Assembly (NCBI GenBank): GCA_964486675.1
Contig: CAZAOD010000001.1
Coordinates: 5,683-69,682 of the forward strand
Length of the DNA stretch: 64,000 bases
Reading direction: 5' to 3'
From: an uncultured Planctomycetales bacterium
Lineage (GTDB): Bacteria; Omnitrophota; Gorgyraeia; Zapsychrales; Aceulaceae
Part shown: one piece after another, positions 27,937 to 41,680 of the stretch
Position numbering within the stretch: the stretch's first letter is position 1
How the letters are laid out: each line of letters begins with the position of its first letter
The notes under the pieces: generated by a model
What the model saw: the letters and a program-made list of their open reading frames with translations, nothing else
What the model was told of the DNA's origin: nothing
Database searches by the model: none
Position numbers and translations under genes: made by a program

Positions 27937-29199
27937 ATGTTAGAGCAAGTCCGTAATCTGATGCAAAAACATTTAATTACAAAAACAGATTTCTTAAAGG
28001 TCAAGGAATCATTGACCGAGGACCAGATTCGTGTTTACGCTAAAAATGCGATAGACCAGACTTGCAAAGATAATGAATTGCTTTTGTCCGAAGAGGAGCG
28101 TGGACGCCTGATCAAGCAATTCGTCGCTTCTGTGATCAGTCTAGGGCCCATACGCCCTCTGATGGAGGACAAGAGCATATCGGAGATCATGATCAATGGT
28201 CCGCATAAGATCTATGTTCAGCGTCACGGTAAGATCGAACTTAGTCCGGTCAGATTTCAAGATTCTAAGGAACTTATGCATACGATTCAAAAGATCTTGT
28301 CTGAGTCTTCATCTGGACGGCGTGTAGATGAATCATCGCCATATGTTGATTTTTCTTTGCCTGATGGATCACGTGTTAATGTGATCCTGCCGCCAGTGTC
28401 TTTGATCGGGCCGGTGGTGACCATTCGCAAGTTTTCTTCAGAGATAGAGACGATCGAAGATCTTTTAAAACTGGAAATGCTTAGCAAGCCGATGGCGGAT
28501 TTTTTGATCGCTGCGATCCATGCGAAGCTGAATATTATTTTTTCTGGGGCAACGGGAACAGGCAAAACAACAACGCTCAACGTCCTCTCGCGGTATTTGC
28601 CTGAAAGAGAGCGCATTGTGACGATCGAAGACACAGCAGAGTTGCGACTTAAACAGGAGCACGTTGTTAGTCTTCAAGCAAAGGCGGCCAACGTAGAAGG
28701 CAAGGGAACTATTAGCATCCGCGATCTTTTTGTTAATTCTTTACGTATGCGCCCTGACCGTATCATTATCGGTGAGATCCGAAGCAATGAAGCGCTGGAC
28801 CTTATCCAGTCGATCAGCAGCGGGCATTCTGGATCGCTGGCCATTGTTCATGGTGATTCACCAAAAGATTGTTACAACCGCCTTGTCACAATGCTATTGT
28901 CCACGGGCATTCCGCTAAGCGTTGATGAGATCAGGCGTCAGATCGCCGGTGCGATCGATATGATCGTGCATACGGAGATCTTTATCGATGGTAAACGCCG
29001 CATCACGCATATCACGGACCTTGTTTACAATGAAAATGCGAACGCGATATCACTAAAAGATATTTTTTATTTTAAAGAAGAACAAGTCACGTCTGATGGG
29101 CATACGATCGGAAAGTGGGTTGCGACAGGACATCAACCTTCTTGTCTGGAAAAGTTCGTCAGACGTAATATCAAGATTTTATTGCCAACACAAGGTTGA
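27937..29199 (+). CDS. CpaF/TadA-family type II/IV secretion ATPase (VirB11 superfamily), orphan
   Basis: Walker A GATGTGKTT, an Asp box, Walker B and a His box (AIVHGDS). None of the tadB/tadC/cpaB/pilin genes is nearby. Confidence 0.75.
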   Translation: MLEQVRNLMQKHLITKTDFLKVKESLTEDQIRVYAKNAIDQTCKDNELLLSEEERGRLIKQFVASVISLGPIRPLMEDKSISEIMINGPHKIYVQRHGKIELSPVRFQDSKELMHTIQKILSESSSGRRVDESSPYVDFSLPDGSRVNVILPPVSLIGPVVTIRKFSSEIETIEDLLKLEMLSKPMADFLIAAIHAKLNIIFSGATGTGKTTTLNVLSRYLPERERIVTIEDTAELRLKQEHVVSLQAKAANVEGKGTISIRDLFVNSLRMRPDRIIIGEIRSNEALDLIQSISSGHSGSLAIVHGDSPKDCYNRLVTMLLSTGIPLSVDEIRRQIAGAIDMIVHTEIFIDGKRRITHITDLVYNENANAISLKDIFYFKEEQVTSDGHTIGKWVATGHQPSCLEKFVRRNIKILLPTQG

Positions 29200-29202
29200 T
29201 CG

Positions 29203-30456
29203 ATGCGCTGGAGTCAGTTTTATATCCCAACAATCAAAGAGATCCCCATAGGGACAGAGGCGGCAAGTCATCAGCTTTTGTTGCGCTCAGGATTGGTTCA
29301 GATGCTTACCTCTGGGGTTTATTCTTATCTTCCGCTTGGGCTTCGCGCGCTGCGTAAGATCGAAGCAATCATTAACGAAGAGATGAACGTTATTGGTGCG
29401 CGAGAGCTCCTTTTGCCGTCATTGCAACCTATGGAGCTATGGAAAAGAACTGGGCGCGACGAAACATTAAAAGATGTCATGATTCAGTTCAAAGACAAAA
29501 AAGGCCGGGCCATGTGTTTGGGCCCAACGCACGAAGAAGTGATCACGGACCTGGTCAAGAATCATGTGCGTTCCTATAAGCAGTTGCCGGTTGTCCTTTA
29601 TCAGATCCAGACCAAATTTCGAGATGAAATGCGTCCACGTTTTGGCATTGTTCGCGCTTGTGAGTTTATCATGAAAGACGCATATAGTTTTGATCAGGAT
29701 GAACAAGGCTTGAGAAAAAATTATGAGCTTATGTACACAGCTTATCAGAAGATTTTCTCGCGTTGCGGGTTGAAAGTTGTGGTTGTCGAGGCTGATTCGG
29801 GTGCAATGGGAGGCGATATTTCACATGAGTATATGGTGCCAGCGGAGATTGGCGAAGACGAGGTTCTCTGCTGTGATGCATGTGATTATGCTTGCGGCAT
29901 CAATAAGGGTAAGGAGGGAAATAGTTGTCTTGTTTGCCAAAAAGGAGCGTTGATCAAGAGATCCGCGATCGAGATAGGGCATATTTTTCAGCTAGGAACA
30001 AAATATAGCAAAGCCCTGGATGTAAGCTTTTTAGATGAAAAAGGGCAGAAGAAGACTGTTGTCATGGGGTGCTATGGGATTGGTGTTAGTCGCTTGATTG
30101 CGACGATCATTGAAAAGAATCACGATGCTGCTGGTATCGTTTGGCCAAAGGAAGTAGCTCCTTTTGAGGTTGAGATCCTTCCTCTTCAGCTTAGCGATGG
30201 CGATATGATGCGTCAAGCTGATAAGCTGTATGTTGATCTGGCCAGGCAGGGGATCGACGTTTTCATGGATGATCGTGATGAAAGCCCTGGAAAGAAATTC
30301 AATGATGCGGATTTGATTGGAATTCCTTATCGTGTAACGCTTGGTAAACGCATGTTGGCAGAGGGGAAGGCTGAGATCAAGGATCGCCGTAGCGGAATGG
30401 TATTTGCTGTCGAGCTCGCGCGCGTAGCGGAAAAACTGAAAGAGGTTTTACGTTAG
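29203..30456 (+). CDS. proS: prolyl-tRNA synthetase, bacterial type, with the INS editing domain replaced by a short Cys4 insert
   Basis: Class II motifs are present and the sequence aligns to E. coli ProRS up to CDACDYACGIN (E. coli SDTSDYAANIE). About 15 aa later it rejoins at LIKRSAIEIGHIFQLGTKYS, leaving 417 aa in total. Confidence 0.8.
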   Translation: MRWSQFYIPTIKEIPIGTEAASHQLLLRSGLVQMLTSGVYSYLPLGLRALRKIEAIINEEMNVIGARELLLPSLQPMELWKRTGRDETLKDVMIQFKDKKGRAMCLGPTHEEVITDLVKNHVRSYKQLPVVLYQIQTKFRDEMRPRFGIVRACEFIMKDAYSFDQDEQGLRKNYELMYTAYQKIFSRCGLKVVVVEADSGAMGGDISHEYMVPAEIGEDEVLCCDACDYACGINKGKEGNSCLVCQKGALIKRSAIEIGHIFQLGTKYSKALDVSFLDEKGQKKTVVMGCYGIGVSRLIATIIEKNHDAAGIVWPKEVAPFEVEILPLQLSDGDMMRQADKLYVDLARQGIDVFMDDRDESPGKKFNDADLIGIPYRVTLGKRMLAEGKAEIKDRRSGMVFAVELARVAEKLKEVLR

Positions 30457-30909
30457 ATGCAGGATCTTAAAGATAAGATCTCAAGTCTGGTAGGGCCTTT
30501 TATGGCTGAGCAAGGTTTTGATCTGGTGGATGTTCATTGTCTTCATCGCAGAGGCGTAGATGCGGTACAAATTTTAGCTGACAGGCCGCGAGGGGGGATC
30601 ACAGTTGATGAATGCGCCGATCTCAGCCGGCAGATCGATACCATTCTTGAGAAAGAAAATGTTTTTTCAGGGAGCTATACACTAGAAGTTTCCTCTCCGG
30701 GTATCGATCGTCCGCTTGCCAGCGATAAAGATTTTTCTAGGGCAACAGGAAAAGAGGTCGTTTTTTACCTGAAAGAACCTGTCCAGGGACGCTTAGAGTG
30801 GCAAGGCATTATTTTACGGTCGGATGGAACAAGCGTGATCATTCAGAGCAGGGGCATTGAGGTGGATATATCTTTTCAATTGATTAACAAAGCACAACTT
30901 GTGTTCTAA
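30457..30909 (+). CDS. rimP: ribosome maturation factor RimP
   Basis: 150 aa, located upstream of nusA-infB; I recognise the conserved RimP N-domain pattern. Confidence 0.7.
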   Translation: MQDLKDKISSLVGPFMAEQGFDLVDVHCLHRRGVDAVQILADRPRGGITVDECADLSRQIDTILEKENVFSGSYTLEVSSPGIDRPLASDKDFSRATGKEVVFYLKEPVQGRLEWQGIILRSDGTSVIIQSRGIEVDISFQLINKAQLVF

Positions 30910-30925
30910 AGGAAGGATGTTTTGT

Positions 30926-32122
30926 ATGGACAGTGAATTGTTGATGATTTTAGACCAAATTGAACGCGATAAAGGCGTTGATAAGGAGATCTTAATTCAG
31001 GCTGTGGAAACAGCTGTGGCTTCAGCCGCTAAGAAGATCTGGACGGTTGGTAAAGAGCAAGAGATCCAGGTTGTTCTTGACCGAAAGACAGGCAAGCTGA
31101 TGGCTTATGCTGACGGCGAAGAGATCAAATCGAAGGATTTTGGTCGTATTGCTGCTCAAACTGCTAAGCAGGTCGTTATTCAGAAGATCCGGGAAGCAGA
31201 AAAAGATGTGGTGTTCAGCGAATATCAAGCACGTATCGGTCAGATCGTTACGGGCAGCGTGTACCGCATCGATAAAGGGAATATTATTGTTGACTTAAGC
31301 AAGACAGAAGCGTTTATCCCCCGCAGCGAGCAATCCGGCAAGGAAGAGTTCAAGCAGGGAGATCGAATTCGTGCTTATGTGCTTGATGTTCGACGGGAAA
31401 CAAAAGGTCCTCAGATCGTTCTTTCGCGGGCGCATCCACATTTTGTAAAGCGTTTGTTTGAGCTAGAAGTTCCTGAGATCTACGATGGTATCGTAGAGGT
31501 TAAATCGATTGCCCGTGATCCAGGAGAGCGTACGAAGATAGCGGTTTATTCCAAGGAAGAGAAGATCGACTGCGTGGGTGCGTGCGTGGGAATGCGAGGG
31601 TCACGCGTTAAGAGCATCGTGACAGAGCTTCACGGAGAGAAGATCGATATTGTTCGTTATGGTGAAGATAAAAAAACATATATTCAGGCGGCCATGTCAC
31701 CGGCGGAGATCGCACAAATGCATCTTTATGCGGCCGAGAAGCGTGCGGATATTGTCGTGGCTGATGATCAACTGTCGATTGCGATCGGTAAGCACGGCCA
31801 GAACATCCGTCTTGCAAGCCAGCTTGTTGGATGGCAGCTGGAGGTTTTTTCTTTAACTCAATGGAAAGAACACGCAGAGAAGCTTCCAGAAAAATCTTCA
31901 GAGGTCGTTACATCCGCAGAACAGTCAGCGGAGCCGTCTGTGTTGGCTCAGCTAAGCGGTGTCGGGGGCAAGCTCGTTGCATTATTGCAAGAAAAAGGAT
32001 TTACCACTCTTGAGTCGATCGCCACAAGTTCAGTTGACGAATTGTCCCAGATCAAGGGGTTGGGAAAGGTGAAGGCGGCAAAGATCATCAAAGAAGCCAA
32101 GTCTCTGTCTTTAAAAAAATAA
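30926..32122 (+). CDS. nusA: transcription termination/antitermination factor NusA
   Basis: S1 domain, two KH domains and a C-terminal acidic/HhH region; ATG 30926 lies after an AAGGAAGG ribosome-binding site. Confidence 0.85.
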   Translation: MDSELLMILDQIERDKGVDKEILIQAVETAVASAAKKIWTVGKEQEIQVVLDRKTGKLMAYADGEEIKSKDFGRIAAQTAKQVVIQKIREAEKDVVFSEYQARIGQIVTGSVYRIDKGNIIVDLSKTEAFIPRSEQSGKEEFKQGDRIRAYVLDVRRETKGPQIVLSRAHPHFVKRLFELEVPEIYDGIVEVKSIARDPGERTKIAVYSKEEKIDCVGACVGMRGSRVKSIVTELHGEKIDIVRYGEDKKTYIQAAMSPAEIAQMHLYAAEKRADIVVADDQLSIAIGKHGQNIRLASQLVGWQLEVFSLTQWKEHAEKLPEKSSEVVTSAEQSAEPSVLAQLSGVGGKLVALLQEKGFTTLESIATSSVDELSQIKGLGKVKAAKIIKEAKSLSLKK

Positions 32123-32140
32123 TAGCCAAGAAGGATATCC

Positions 32141-34588
32141 ATGAAAGTTTCTGATCTCGCAAAAGAATATGGTTTGAAGAGCGAAGACGTTCTCGCAGAG
32201 CTAAAATCATTTAAGATGAAAGCAGTGAACGCACAGCAGGAACTGAGCGTTGCCGCTATCGCGATCGTGCGTCGTTCCTTGGACGCTAAGGGTAAGAAAA
32301 TTATCCCCTTAAAAAAAGAGGAAGGCCGTCCAATGGCGCCAAAGCCTAAATGGGCCCATATCGAAGTTAAGGAGCCTGAAGAGAAAAAGATATCCAAGAC
32401 CTCAAAAAGTAAAAAAATTTCTGAGAAGAAAGAAAAATCAGCGAAAACCCTTAAGAAGGCTGTTGAAAAAAAGATCTCTACGATTGAAAAAAAGCCTAAG
32501 AGCGATCTGAAAAAAGCGAAGCAGATAAAGACTCCTGCCATCGCTAAAGAAAAGGTTCAAGCTGTTGCGAAAGAAAAGGCTCAAAAAAAGTCAGCTATTC
32601 CCGCTGCGATCGTTTCGGCCCCTGAAAAGCCAGTCGAATCCGTGACCGCGCGACCTCAACCAACCGTTGCGCAGCCTACAAGCCCAGTCGCTAAGCCCGT
32701 GCCTTCGCAGGTTGAGATCGTTATTCCAAAGTATTCTGACCATCGACGATCAAGACATCCTGAATCCCACCGGCCATTTCGACCAGAACATCATCGTCCG
32801 CAGCCTGCGGAAGTGATCGTCAGCCAAAGGCCTTCCCGAGAGGTTGAGCTCAGCTTTCCTATTAACGTTAAGGACTTGTCGGTTAAAATTCAGCAGAAAC
32901 CAAGCGCTATCTTGAAGGTTTTGATGCAAAAAGGCGTCTTGGCGACGATCAATCAGAGTTTAACGGAAGAAATTATTTTAAAGATACAGACAGATCTAAG
33001 TTTTACATATCGCGTGGCGAAAACAGAAGAAGAGCAGCTTTTTGCTTTGCATACAGAGAATGATGATCCTTCCTTGCTGAAGCCCCGTCCTCCGGTCATT
33101 ACGTTCATGGGGCATGTTGATCATGGTAAGACATCTTTGTTGGACCGCATTCGTAAAAGTAATGTTGTTGATCAAGAGCATGGCGGCATTACTCAGCATA
33201 TGGCGGCATATTCTGTTGAAACCCCTCGGGGAAAGATCACATTTTTGGATACTCCGGGACACGCGGCATTTACAGCTATGCGTGCTCGAGGTGCGCATAT
33301 CACTGATATTGTCATCCTTGTGGTTGCCGCAGATGAGGGCGTTATGCCTCAAACAGAAGAGGCCATCGATCATGCGCGCGCAGCGAATGTTCCGATCGTC
33401 GTCGCGATCAATAAAATTGATAAACGCAATATCAATTTAGACCGCGTTAAGAAACAGCTTTCCGAAAAAGATCTTATGCCGGAGGATTGGGGAGGAAAAA
33501 CGATTACGGTGGGTGTTTCGGCCACGACCGGGGAAGGCGTTGATAAACTACTTGAAATGATCCTTCTGGAAGCTGAGATATTAGAGCTCAAGGCCAATTA
33601 TGATAGGCCTGCAACAGGTATTGTTGTTGAGGCGCACCTCAGCCATGGTAGAGGATCCGTGGCTTCGGTCATCGTTCAGGCAGGAACCTTAAAGGATGGG
33701 GATATTGTTGTCGCTGGTCCTTATTCAGGCCGCATCAAGGCTATGTTAGATGATTATGGCCGCGCGCTAAAAGTTGCTACACCGGCTGTTCCGGTGGAGA
33801 TCTTAGGCCTTTCGGGAGTTCCAGAAGCGGGAGAAATATTTTATGTGGTTTCTGATGAGAAGAAGGCTAGAGAGATCTGCGAAATGCGCTCAGAACAGAT
33901 CAAAAATAAACGTCTTCAATCAGCCCAGCGCATTACCTTGGAGGATCTGTATTCTCAGATCCAAGAAGGGAAGGTCAAGGATCTGAATATTATCCTGAAA
34001 ACCGATGTCCAGGGTTCTTTGGAGGCGTTAAAGGATTCTTTGGCTAAGCTTTCCAATAGTGAAGTGCAAATTAAATTTTTGCATACCGGTATCGGTGAGA
34101 TCAATGCGGCCGATGTGATCTTAGCCCAAGTTTCTAATGCGATCATTGTCGGGTTCCAAGTGGAGGCTGACACAAAAGCCAAAGAAGAGCTTGCCAAGCA
34201 GAGCGTAGACATCAGAACATATCGCATTATTTATGATGCGGTCGATGATATTAAAAAAGCCTTGTCTGGCCTTTTAGAGCCGAAGATTCGAAAGAAGTTC
34301 ATGGGCCGGGTGGATATTCGTCAAGTCTTTAAATTGAGTAAATCAGGCGTTGTCGCCGGATGCTTTGTGCAAAAAGGACGCATCGACCGTAAAGCGAAGA
34401 TCGCGATCATGCGTAACGGACAAGAAATTTTTGCTGGAGAGATCGATTCCCTTAAGCGTTTTAAAGATGATGTCCGCGAAGTCAAGGAAGGCTTTGAGTG
34501 CGGCATTACTTTGAAAGGTTTTACAGGTATCGAGCCTGGTGATGTCATTGAGGCGTACGAGCTTGAAACTATTCAGCGGGAACTGTAA
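32141..34588 (+). CDS. infB: translation initiation factor IF-2
   Basis: A Lys-rich N-terminal region and GTPase motifs [14 protein letters not shown] and NKID; 815 aa. Confidence 0.9.
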   Translation: MKVSDLAKEYGLKSEDVLAELKSFKMKAVNAQQELSVAAIAIVRRSLDAKGKKIIPLKKEEGRPMAPKPKWAHIEVKEPEEKKISKTSKSKKISEKKEKSAKTLKKAVEKKISTIEKKPKSDLKKAKQIKTPAIAKEKVQAVAKEKAQKKSAIPAAIVSAPEKPVESVTARPQPTVAQPTSPVAKPVPSQVEIVIPKYSDHRRSRHPESHRPFRPEHHRPQPAEVIVSQRPSREVELSFPINVKDLSVKIQQKPSAILKVLMQKGVLATINQSLTEEIILKIQTDLSFTYRVAKTEEEQLFALHTENDDPSLLKPRPPVITFMGHVDHGKTSLLDRIRKSNVVDQEHGGITQHMAAYSVETPRGKITFLDTPGHAAFTAMRARGAHITDIVILVVAADEGVMPQTEEAIDHARAANVPIVVAINKIDKRNINLDRVKKQLSEKDLMPEDWGGKTITVGVSATTGEGVDKLLEMILLEAEILELKANYDRPATGIVVEAHLSHGRGSVASVIVQAGTLKDGDIVVAGPYSGRIKAMLDDYGRALKVATPAVPVEILGLSGVPEAGEIFYVVSDEKKAREICEMRSEQIKNKRLQSAQRITLEDLYSQIQEGKVKDLNIILKTDVQGSLEALKDSLAKLSNSEVQIKFLHTGIGEINAADVILAQVSNAIIVGFQVEADTKAKEELAKQSVDIRTYRIIYDAVDDIKKALSGLLEPKIRKKFMGRVDIRQVFKLSKSGVVAGCFVQKGRIDRKAKIAIMRNGQEIFAGEIDSLKRFKDDVREVKEGFECGITLKGFTGIEPGDVIEAYELETIQREL

Positions 34589-34600
34589 GGCGGGGATCTG

Positions 34601-35584
34601 ATGAGTTTAAAGACCATTTTTAGCGGCATGCGTCCTACCGGTAAATTGCATTTGGGCCATCTTGTTGGGGCGCTGCAGAATTGGGTCGTGCTGCAAAAAG
34701 AATACCGCTGTATTTTTAGCATTGTTGATTGGCATGCGCTGATGGGAGAGTACGAAGACAGTTCGCAGATCAAGGAAAACATTTTTGAGATGGCTGTGGA
34801 TTGGATGGCCTGTGGGATCGACCCTGAAAGGTCGATCGTGTTCGTTCAATCAGATGTTCCTGAACATCTTGAGCTATACATGACATTCTCGTGCTTTACG
34901 CCCTTAGGATGGCTCGAGCGTAACCCAACGTATAAAGAGCAGCTGAGGGAGATTAAAACCAGGGATCTGCATACCTATGGTTTTCTTGGATATCCTGTCC
35001 TGCAGGCCGCGGACATCTTGCTGTACAAGGCCAATTCTGTCCCGATCGGAGAAGATCAGCTTCCTCATATCGAATTGACTCGAGAGATCGCCCGCAAGTT
35101 CAACCATTTGTATAACAAGGAAGTCTTTGAAGATTGCCAGGCGATCCTTACTCAGACGCCTCGCCTTTTAGGACTCGATGGCCGTAAGATGAGCAAAAGC
35201 TATGATAACGCGATCAATCTTTCTGATTCTTTGCCTGTTATTGAAAAGAAGATATCATCCATGATCACAGACCCTCAGCGGATAAAGCTCAGCGATCCTG
35301 GCCATCCAGATGTGTGCAATGTCTTTAGTTATTACAAGGTTTTTGATCCAGCACAGACACAGGATGTTTGCGTCTGGTGCACAAAGGCTCAGAAAGGGTG
35401 CACGGAATGTAAGAAGATCCTCGCGCGGGCAATCATCAAGAAGCTTGAGCCCATACAGCAAAGACGTCAAGAGATCGCCGCTAATCCAGACAAGGTTCGG
35501 GAGGTTTTAGCTTTTGGCGCTAAAAAGGCGAAGGCGATCGCGGAAGAAACCATGCGGCAAGTCCGTCAGCAGATTTTTCGATAA
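34601..35584 (+). CDS. trpS: tryptophanyl-tRNA synthetase
   Basis: Class I HIGH motif (TGKLHLGH) and KMSKS. Confidence 0.9.
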   Translation: MSLKTIFSGMRPTGKLHLGHLVGALQNWVVLQKEYRCIFSIVDWHALMGEYEDSSQIKENIFEMAVDWMACGIDPERSIVFVQSDVPEHLELYMTFSCFTPLGWLERNPTYKEQLREIKTRDLHTYGFLGYPVLQAADILLYKANSVPIGEDQLPHIELTREIARKFNHLYNKEVFEDCQAILTQTPRLLGLDGRKMSKSYDNAINLSDSLPVIEKKISSMITDPQRIKLSDPGHPDVCNVFSYYKVFDPAQTQDVCVWCTKAQKGCTECKKILARAIIKKLEPIQQRRQEIAANPDKVREVLAFGAKKAKAIAEETMRQVRQQIFR

Positions 35585-35586
35585 AT

Positions 35587-36423
35587 ATGAACTATAAGAT
35601 CAAACTTGAAGTTTTTGAAGGTCCTCTCGATCTTCTCTTGTACCTCATCAAGAAAGATGAGCTGAATATTTACGATATTCCTATATCGCAGATCACGGAT
35701 CAGTACATGGAATACCTTGATATGATGAAACTCCTTGATCTGGATGTTGTAGGTGATTTTCTGGTCATGGCCGCAACACTTATGCAGATCAAGTCTAAGA
35801 TGCTGCTTCCGCCGGATCCGTCTGAGCAGGCGGCTGAAGAGATAGATCCGCGCGATGAACTTGTTCAGCGTCTTTTGGAGTACAAGAAGTTCAAGGAAGC
35901 GGCAGAGGACCTTCGCCAGAAAGAGCTTAGCCGTCAAGATTTTTTTAACCGTAAGATCGATGAAGAAAAGATCAAGGCGTTGAAAGAGGACGCGACCGAG
36001 GTTTATTTTGAGGCGAGCCTTTTCGATCTTATTTCTGCATTCGCCAACGCTTTAAAAAATGTTCCAAGAGATGTTTTTTATGAGGTTATCAAGGAAGAGT
36101 TTACCGTTGAGCAGAAGATCCACGATATCCTTCATTTGTTCTTGCACCAGAACACAGTGGTCTTGACGGATCTATTCGCGAAGGCGCGCAGTAAAGATGA
36201 GGTGATCGTGACCTTTATGGCCATCTTGGAGTTGATCCGCTTGCGCGAGGTCGTGGCGATGCAAAAGGGGATCTTTGGCGAGATAGAGGTTGTTCGCAAT
36301 AAAGAGAACTTAGAGTTGTCACACAGCGATCAAGAGCCTGAGGGGCCTGGACCACAACCGCAGCCTGAAGGACCAGTATCGGATGATGTGGGCTCTCAAG
36401 GGACAACGGAACCAGCGAGTTGA
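35587..36423 (+). CDS. scpA: segregation and condensation protein A
   Basis: EVFEGPLDLLL..I.I..IT.QY motif at the N-terminus. Confidence 0.75.
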   Translation: MNYKIKLEVFEGPLDLLLYLIKKDELNIYDIPISQITDQYMEYLDMMKLLDLDVVGDFLVMAATLMQIKSKMLLPPDPSEQAAEEIDPRDELVQRLLEYKKFKEAAEDLRQKELSRQDFFNRKIDEEKIKALKEDATEVYFEASLFDLISAFANALKNVPRDVFYEVIKEEFTVEQKIHDILHLFLHQNTVVLTDLFAKARSKDEVIVTFMAILELIRLREVVAMQKGIFGEIEVVRNKENLELSHSDQEPEGPGPQPQPEGPVSDDVGSQGTTEPAS

Positions 36424-36424
36424 C

Positions 36425-37462
36425 ATGCCACAGGAACGACAACGACTTGTTTTAAATACAGAAACAGAAGAGGACGCAATTGTCAGTTTGTCTTTGCGTC
36501 CGATGAAGCTTGATGATTTTATCGGCCAAAAAGACCTCGTTGAGAATTTAAAGGTTTCTTTGCAGGCCGCCACCCAGCGCGGCGAACCTGTTGAGCATAT
36601 GCTTTTTTCTGGCCCGCCCGGATTAGGAAAAACATCCCTTGCGTATATCATTGCCCATGAGATGAATACGCGCATTACGGTCACGTCTGGACCGGCGATC
36701 GATCGGGCTGGTGACTTCATTGGAATCCTGACAAATTTAGAAAAGGGGGATGTCCTTTTTATCGATGAAATCCATCGCCTTTCTAAGGCTGTGGAAGAAT
36801 TTTTGTATCCGGCAATGGAGAATTTCCAAATCGATTTTATCGTGGATAAAGGGCCTTACGCGAAGACGATCAAATTTAATTTAAAGCCGTTTACCTTGAT
36901 CGGTGCGACAACACGCAGTGGGCTTTTGGCATCACCCCTGCGAGATCGATTCGGGATCTTCCATCATCTTGATTTTTATCGCCTTGAAGATCTGCAGCAG
37001 ATCGTTTTGAATTCTTCCAAAAAGCTTTCCGTTACGATCGACGAGCAGGCCGCAGCGGAGGTCGCTAAGCGCGCGCGAGGAACCCCCCGCATTGCCAACC
37101 GTTTATTGCGTCGTGTGCGCGATTACGCGCAAGTTAAGACTTCTGCGGGCGCTGTGACGATCGATGTTGTTCTCAAAGCCATGGCAACATTAGGTATTGA
37201 TACTGAAGGGCTTGATGAATCTGACCGAAAGCTTTTGATGGTTATCCGTGATCAATACAACGGTGGCCCTGTTGGCGTTGAGTCGCTGGCGGCAACCTTG
37301 AACGAAGAAGTGGACACGATCACGGACGTTGTCGAGCCTTTTCTTTTAAAAAGGGGATTTCTGAAAAGGACCCAGCGAGGCCGGGAACTGACCGATCAAG
37401 GTTTTAAGCATATAGGGTCAGATTTTATTTCACGCAACAATCAGCAGCAATTATTCAAATAA
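36425..37462 (+). CDS. ruvB: Holliday junction branch-migration helicase RuvB
   Basis: LRP..L.DFIGQ, Walker A GPPGLGKTS and FIDEIHRL. Confidence 0.9.
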   Translation: MPQERQRLVLNTETEEDAIVSLSLRPMKLDDFIGQKDLVENLKVSLQAATQRGEPVEHMLFSGPPGLGKTSLAYIIAHEMNTRITVTSGPAIDRAGDFIGILTNLEKGDVLFIDEIHRLSKAVEEFLYPAMENFQIDFIVDKGPYAKTIKFNLKPFTLIGATTRSGLLASPLRDRFGIFHHLDFYRLEDLQQIVLNSSKKLSVTIDEQAAAEVAKRARGTPRIANRLLRRVRDYAQVKTSAGAVTIDVVLKAMATLGIDTEGLDESDRKLLMVIRDQYNGGPVGVESLAATLNEEVDTITDVVEPFLLKRGFLKRTQRGRELTDQGFKHIGSDFISRNNQQQLFK

Positions 37463-37465
37463 TTT

Positions 37466-37684
37466 ATGCTAGGTTCCGGCAAAATATGCATTGCCGCAGG
37501 CATTGTCCTGATTCTCATCGGGATCATTCTCCTGTTAGCAGAGCGCATTCCTGGCGCAGGACGCCTTCCAGGGGATATCGTGATCCACAAGGGAAATTTT
37601 ACTTTTTATTTTCCCCTTATGACCTCCATTTTGCTCAGCATTGCCGTCAGTTTTCTTTTATTTCTTTTTAATAAACGTTCATGA
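37466..37684 (+). CDS. small membrane protein, DUF2905 family
   Basis: 72 aa with two TM segments and a central RLPGDI motif. Confidence 0.55.
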   Translation: MLGSGKICIAAGIVLILIGIILLLAERIPGAGRLPGDIVIHKGNFTFYFPLMTSILLSIAVSFLLFLFNKRS

Positions 37685-38858
37685 TGAAGAAATATTTTAT
37701 TATTTTAATCTTATCGGTTTTCTTTCTGCCAAGCTGCAGTTTTACAAGTTTTTTCTTAACCGCTGATCAGCCTGCAATAGAGACTATCCGTGTGGCGATT
37801 TTGAGGGAAGCTGATATTTTTCTCATCCGTATCCAAGGGCCGTATGTTCTATACGACCACAGAACGGATCGCATCCTTTTGGAAGGCTCGGGTCTTAAGG
37901 AGTCTCGCGTGAGCATATTAGAATCGGGGATCCATGTTGCCGGAACAAGTTTCCCTGTTAGCGCCCTTAAGGTTTTTGCGAACCGTGACGCATCCATTTT
38001 TATCAATAATAAGAGTTTCCGCGGTGAGATCGACATCTTTAAGACAGACAACAGCAAGCTGACCGTTGTGAACGTTGTTGAGCTTGAGAAATATATCAAA
38101 GGAGTTCTTCCCAGCGAAGTTCCTAATCGCTGGCCTATGGAAACATTGAAGGCTCAAGCAATCGCTGCTCGGACATACGCGTTCTATGTGAAGCAAAACA
38201 AACGACACGCGCTTTATGACCTTACTAACGATATTTTTTCGCAGGTTTACGGAGGGCGCAGCAGGGAAAAGTACCGAACGAATTTAGCGGTTGATCGTAC
38301 TAAAGGGCTTATCCTGGTCTATGACAATAAAATCCTTGCGTCATATTATCATTCCACATGCGCAGGTTACACAGAAAATGTCTGCGAGCTTTGGAATCAA
38401 GAAGTCGGCGCTTTGGCGGGACAGCCGTGTATTTTCTGCAAAGACTCGCCTCACGCATCATGGAAAAAGAACATGCGGCTAAAGGATATCCAGGACAAGC
38501 TAAATGAACATGATTATCGCTTGGGTCTGATCAAAGAGATCCAAGTTGTGGAGCGCAATCGCAGTCAGCGCATTAAAACGCTCAAGATTATCGCTCGCGA
38601 CGGGAAAGAAGTTTTGATATCTGGTAAGGATTTTCGCAATATTCTCGGGCCCAACATCCTCAAAAGCAATAGCTATGATATTGAGATGAAAGGTTATTAT
38701 GTTGATTTCTTCGGAAGAGGATGGGGACACGGCGTTGGCCTTTGCCAGTGGGGCGCGCGCGCGATGGCTCAGCAGCAATATCGCTTCGAAGATATTCTAA
38801 AATATTATTATCCAGGCGCAAAGATCGTTCATTATCAGAGTCTTGAGCGAAAAGCACG

Positions 38859-38862
<4 letters not shown>
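37681..38862 (+). CDS. SpoIID/LytB-domain protein (peptidoglycan amidase-enhancer family)
   Basis: N-terminal signal peptide, then LEKYIKGVLPSE.P..WP.E.LKAQAIAARTYA and YHSTCAGYTEN motifs. Confidence 0.75.
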
Positions 38863-41652
<2,790 letters not shown>

Positions 41653-41680
41653 TATCACCGAAGTAAAAAGGAGTTTTTGT

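Noticed and set aside
31948-32541. 197-aa ORF on the minus strand spanning the nusA end and infB start
   Set aside because: It is a Phe/Ser-rich antisense translation of the Lys/Glu-rich infB N-terminus and has no independent support.
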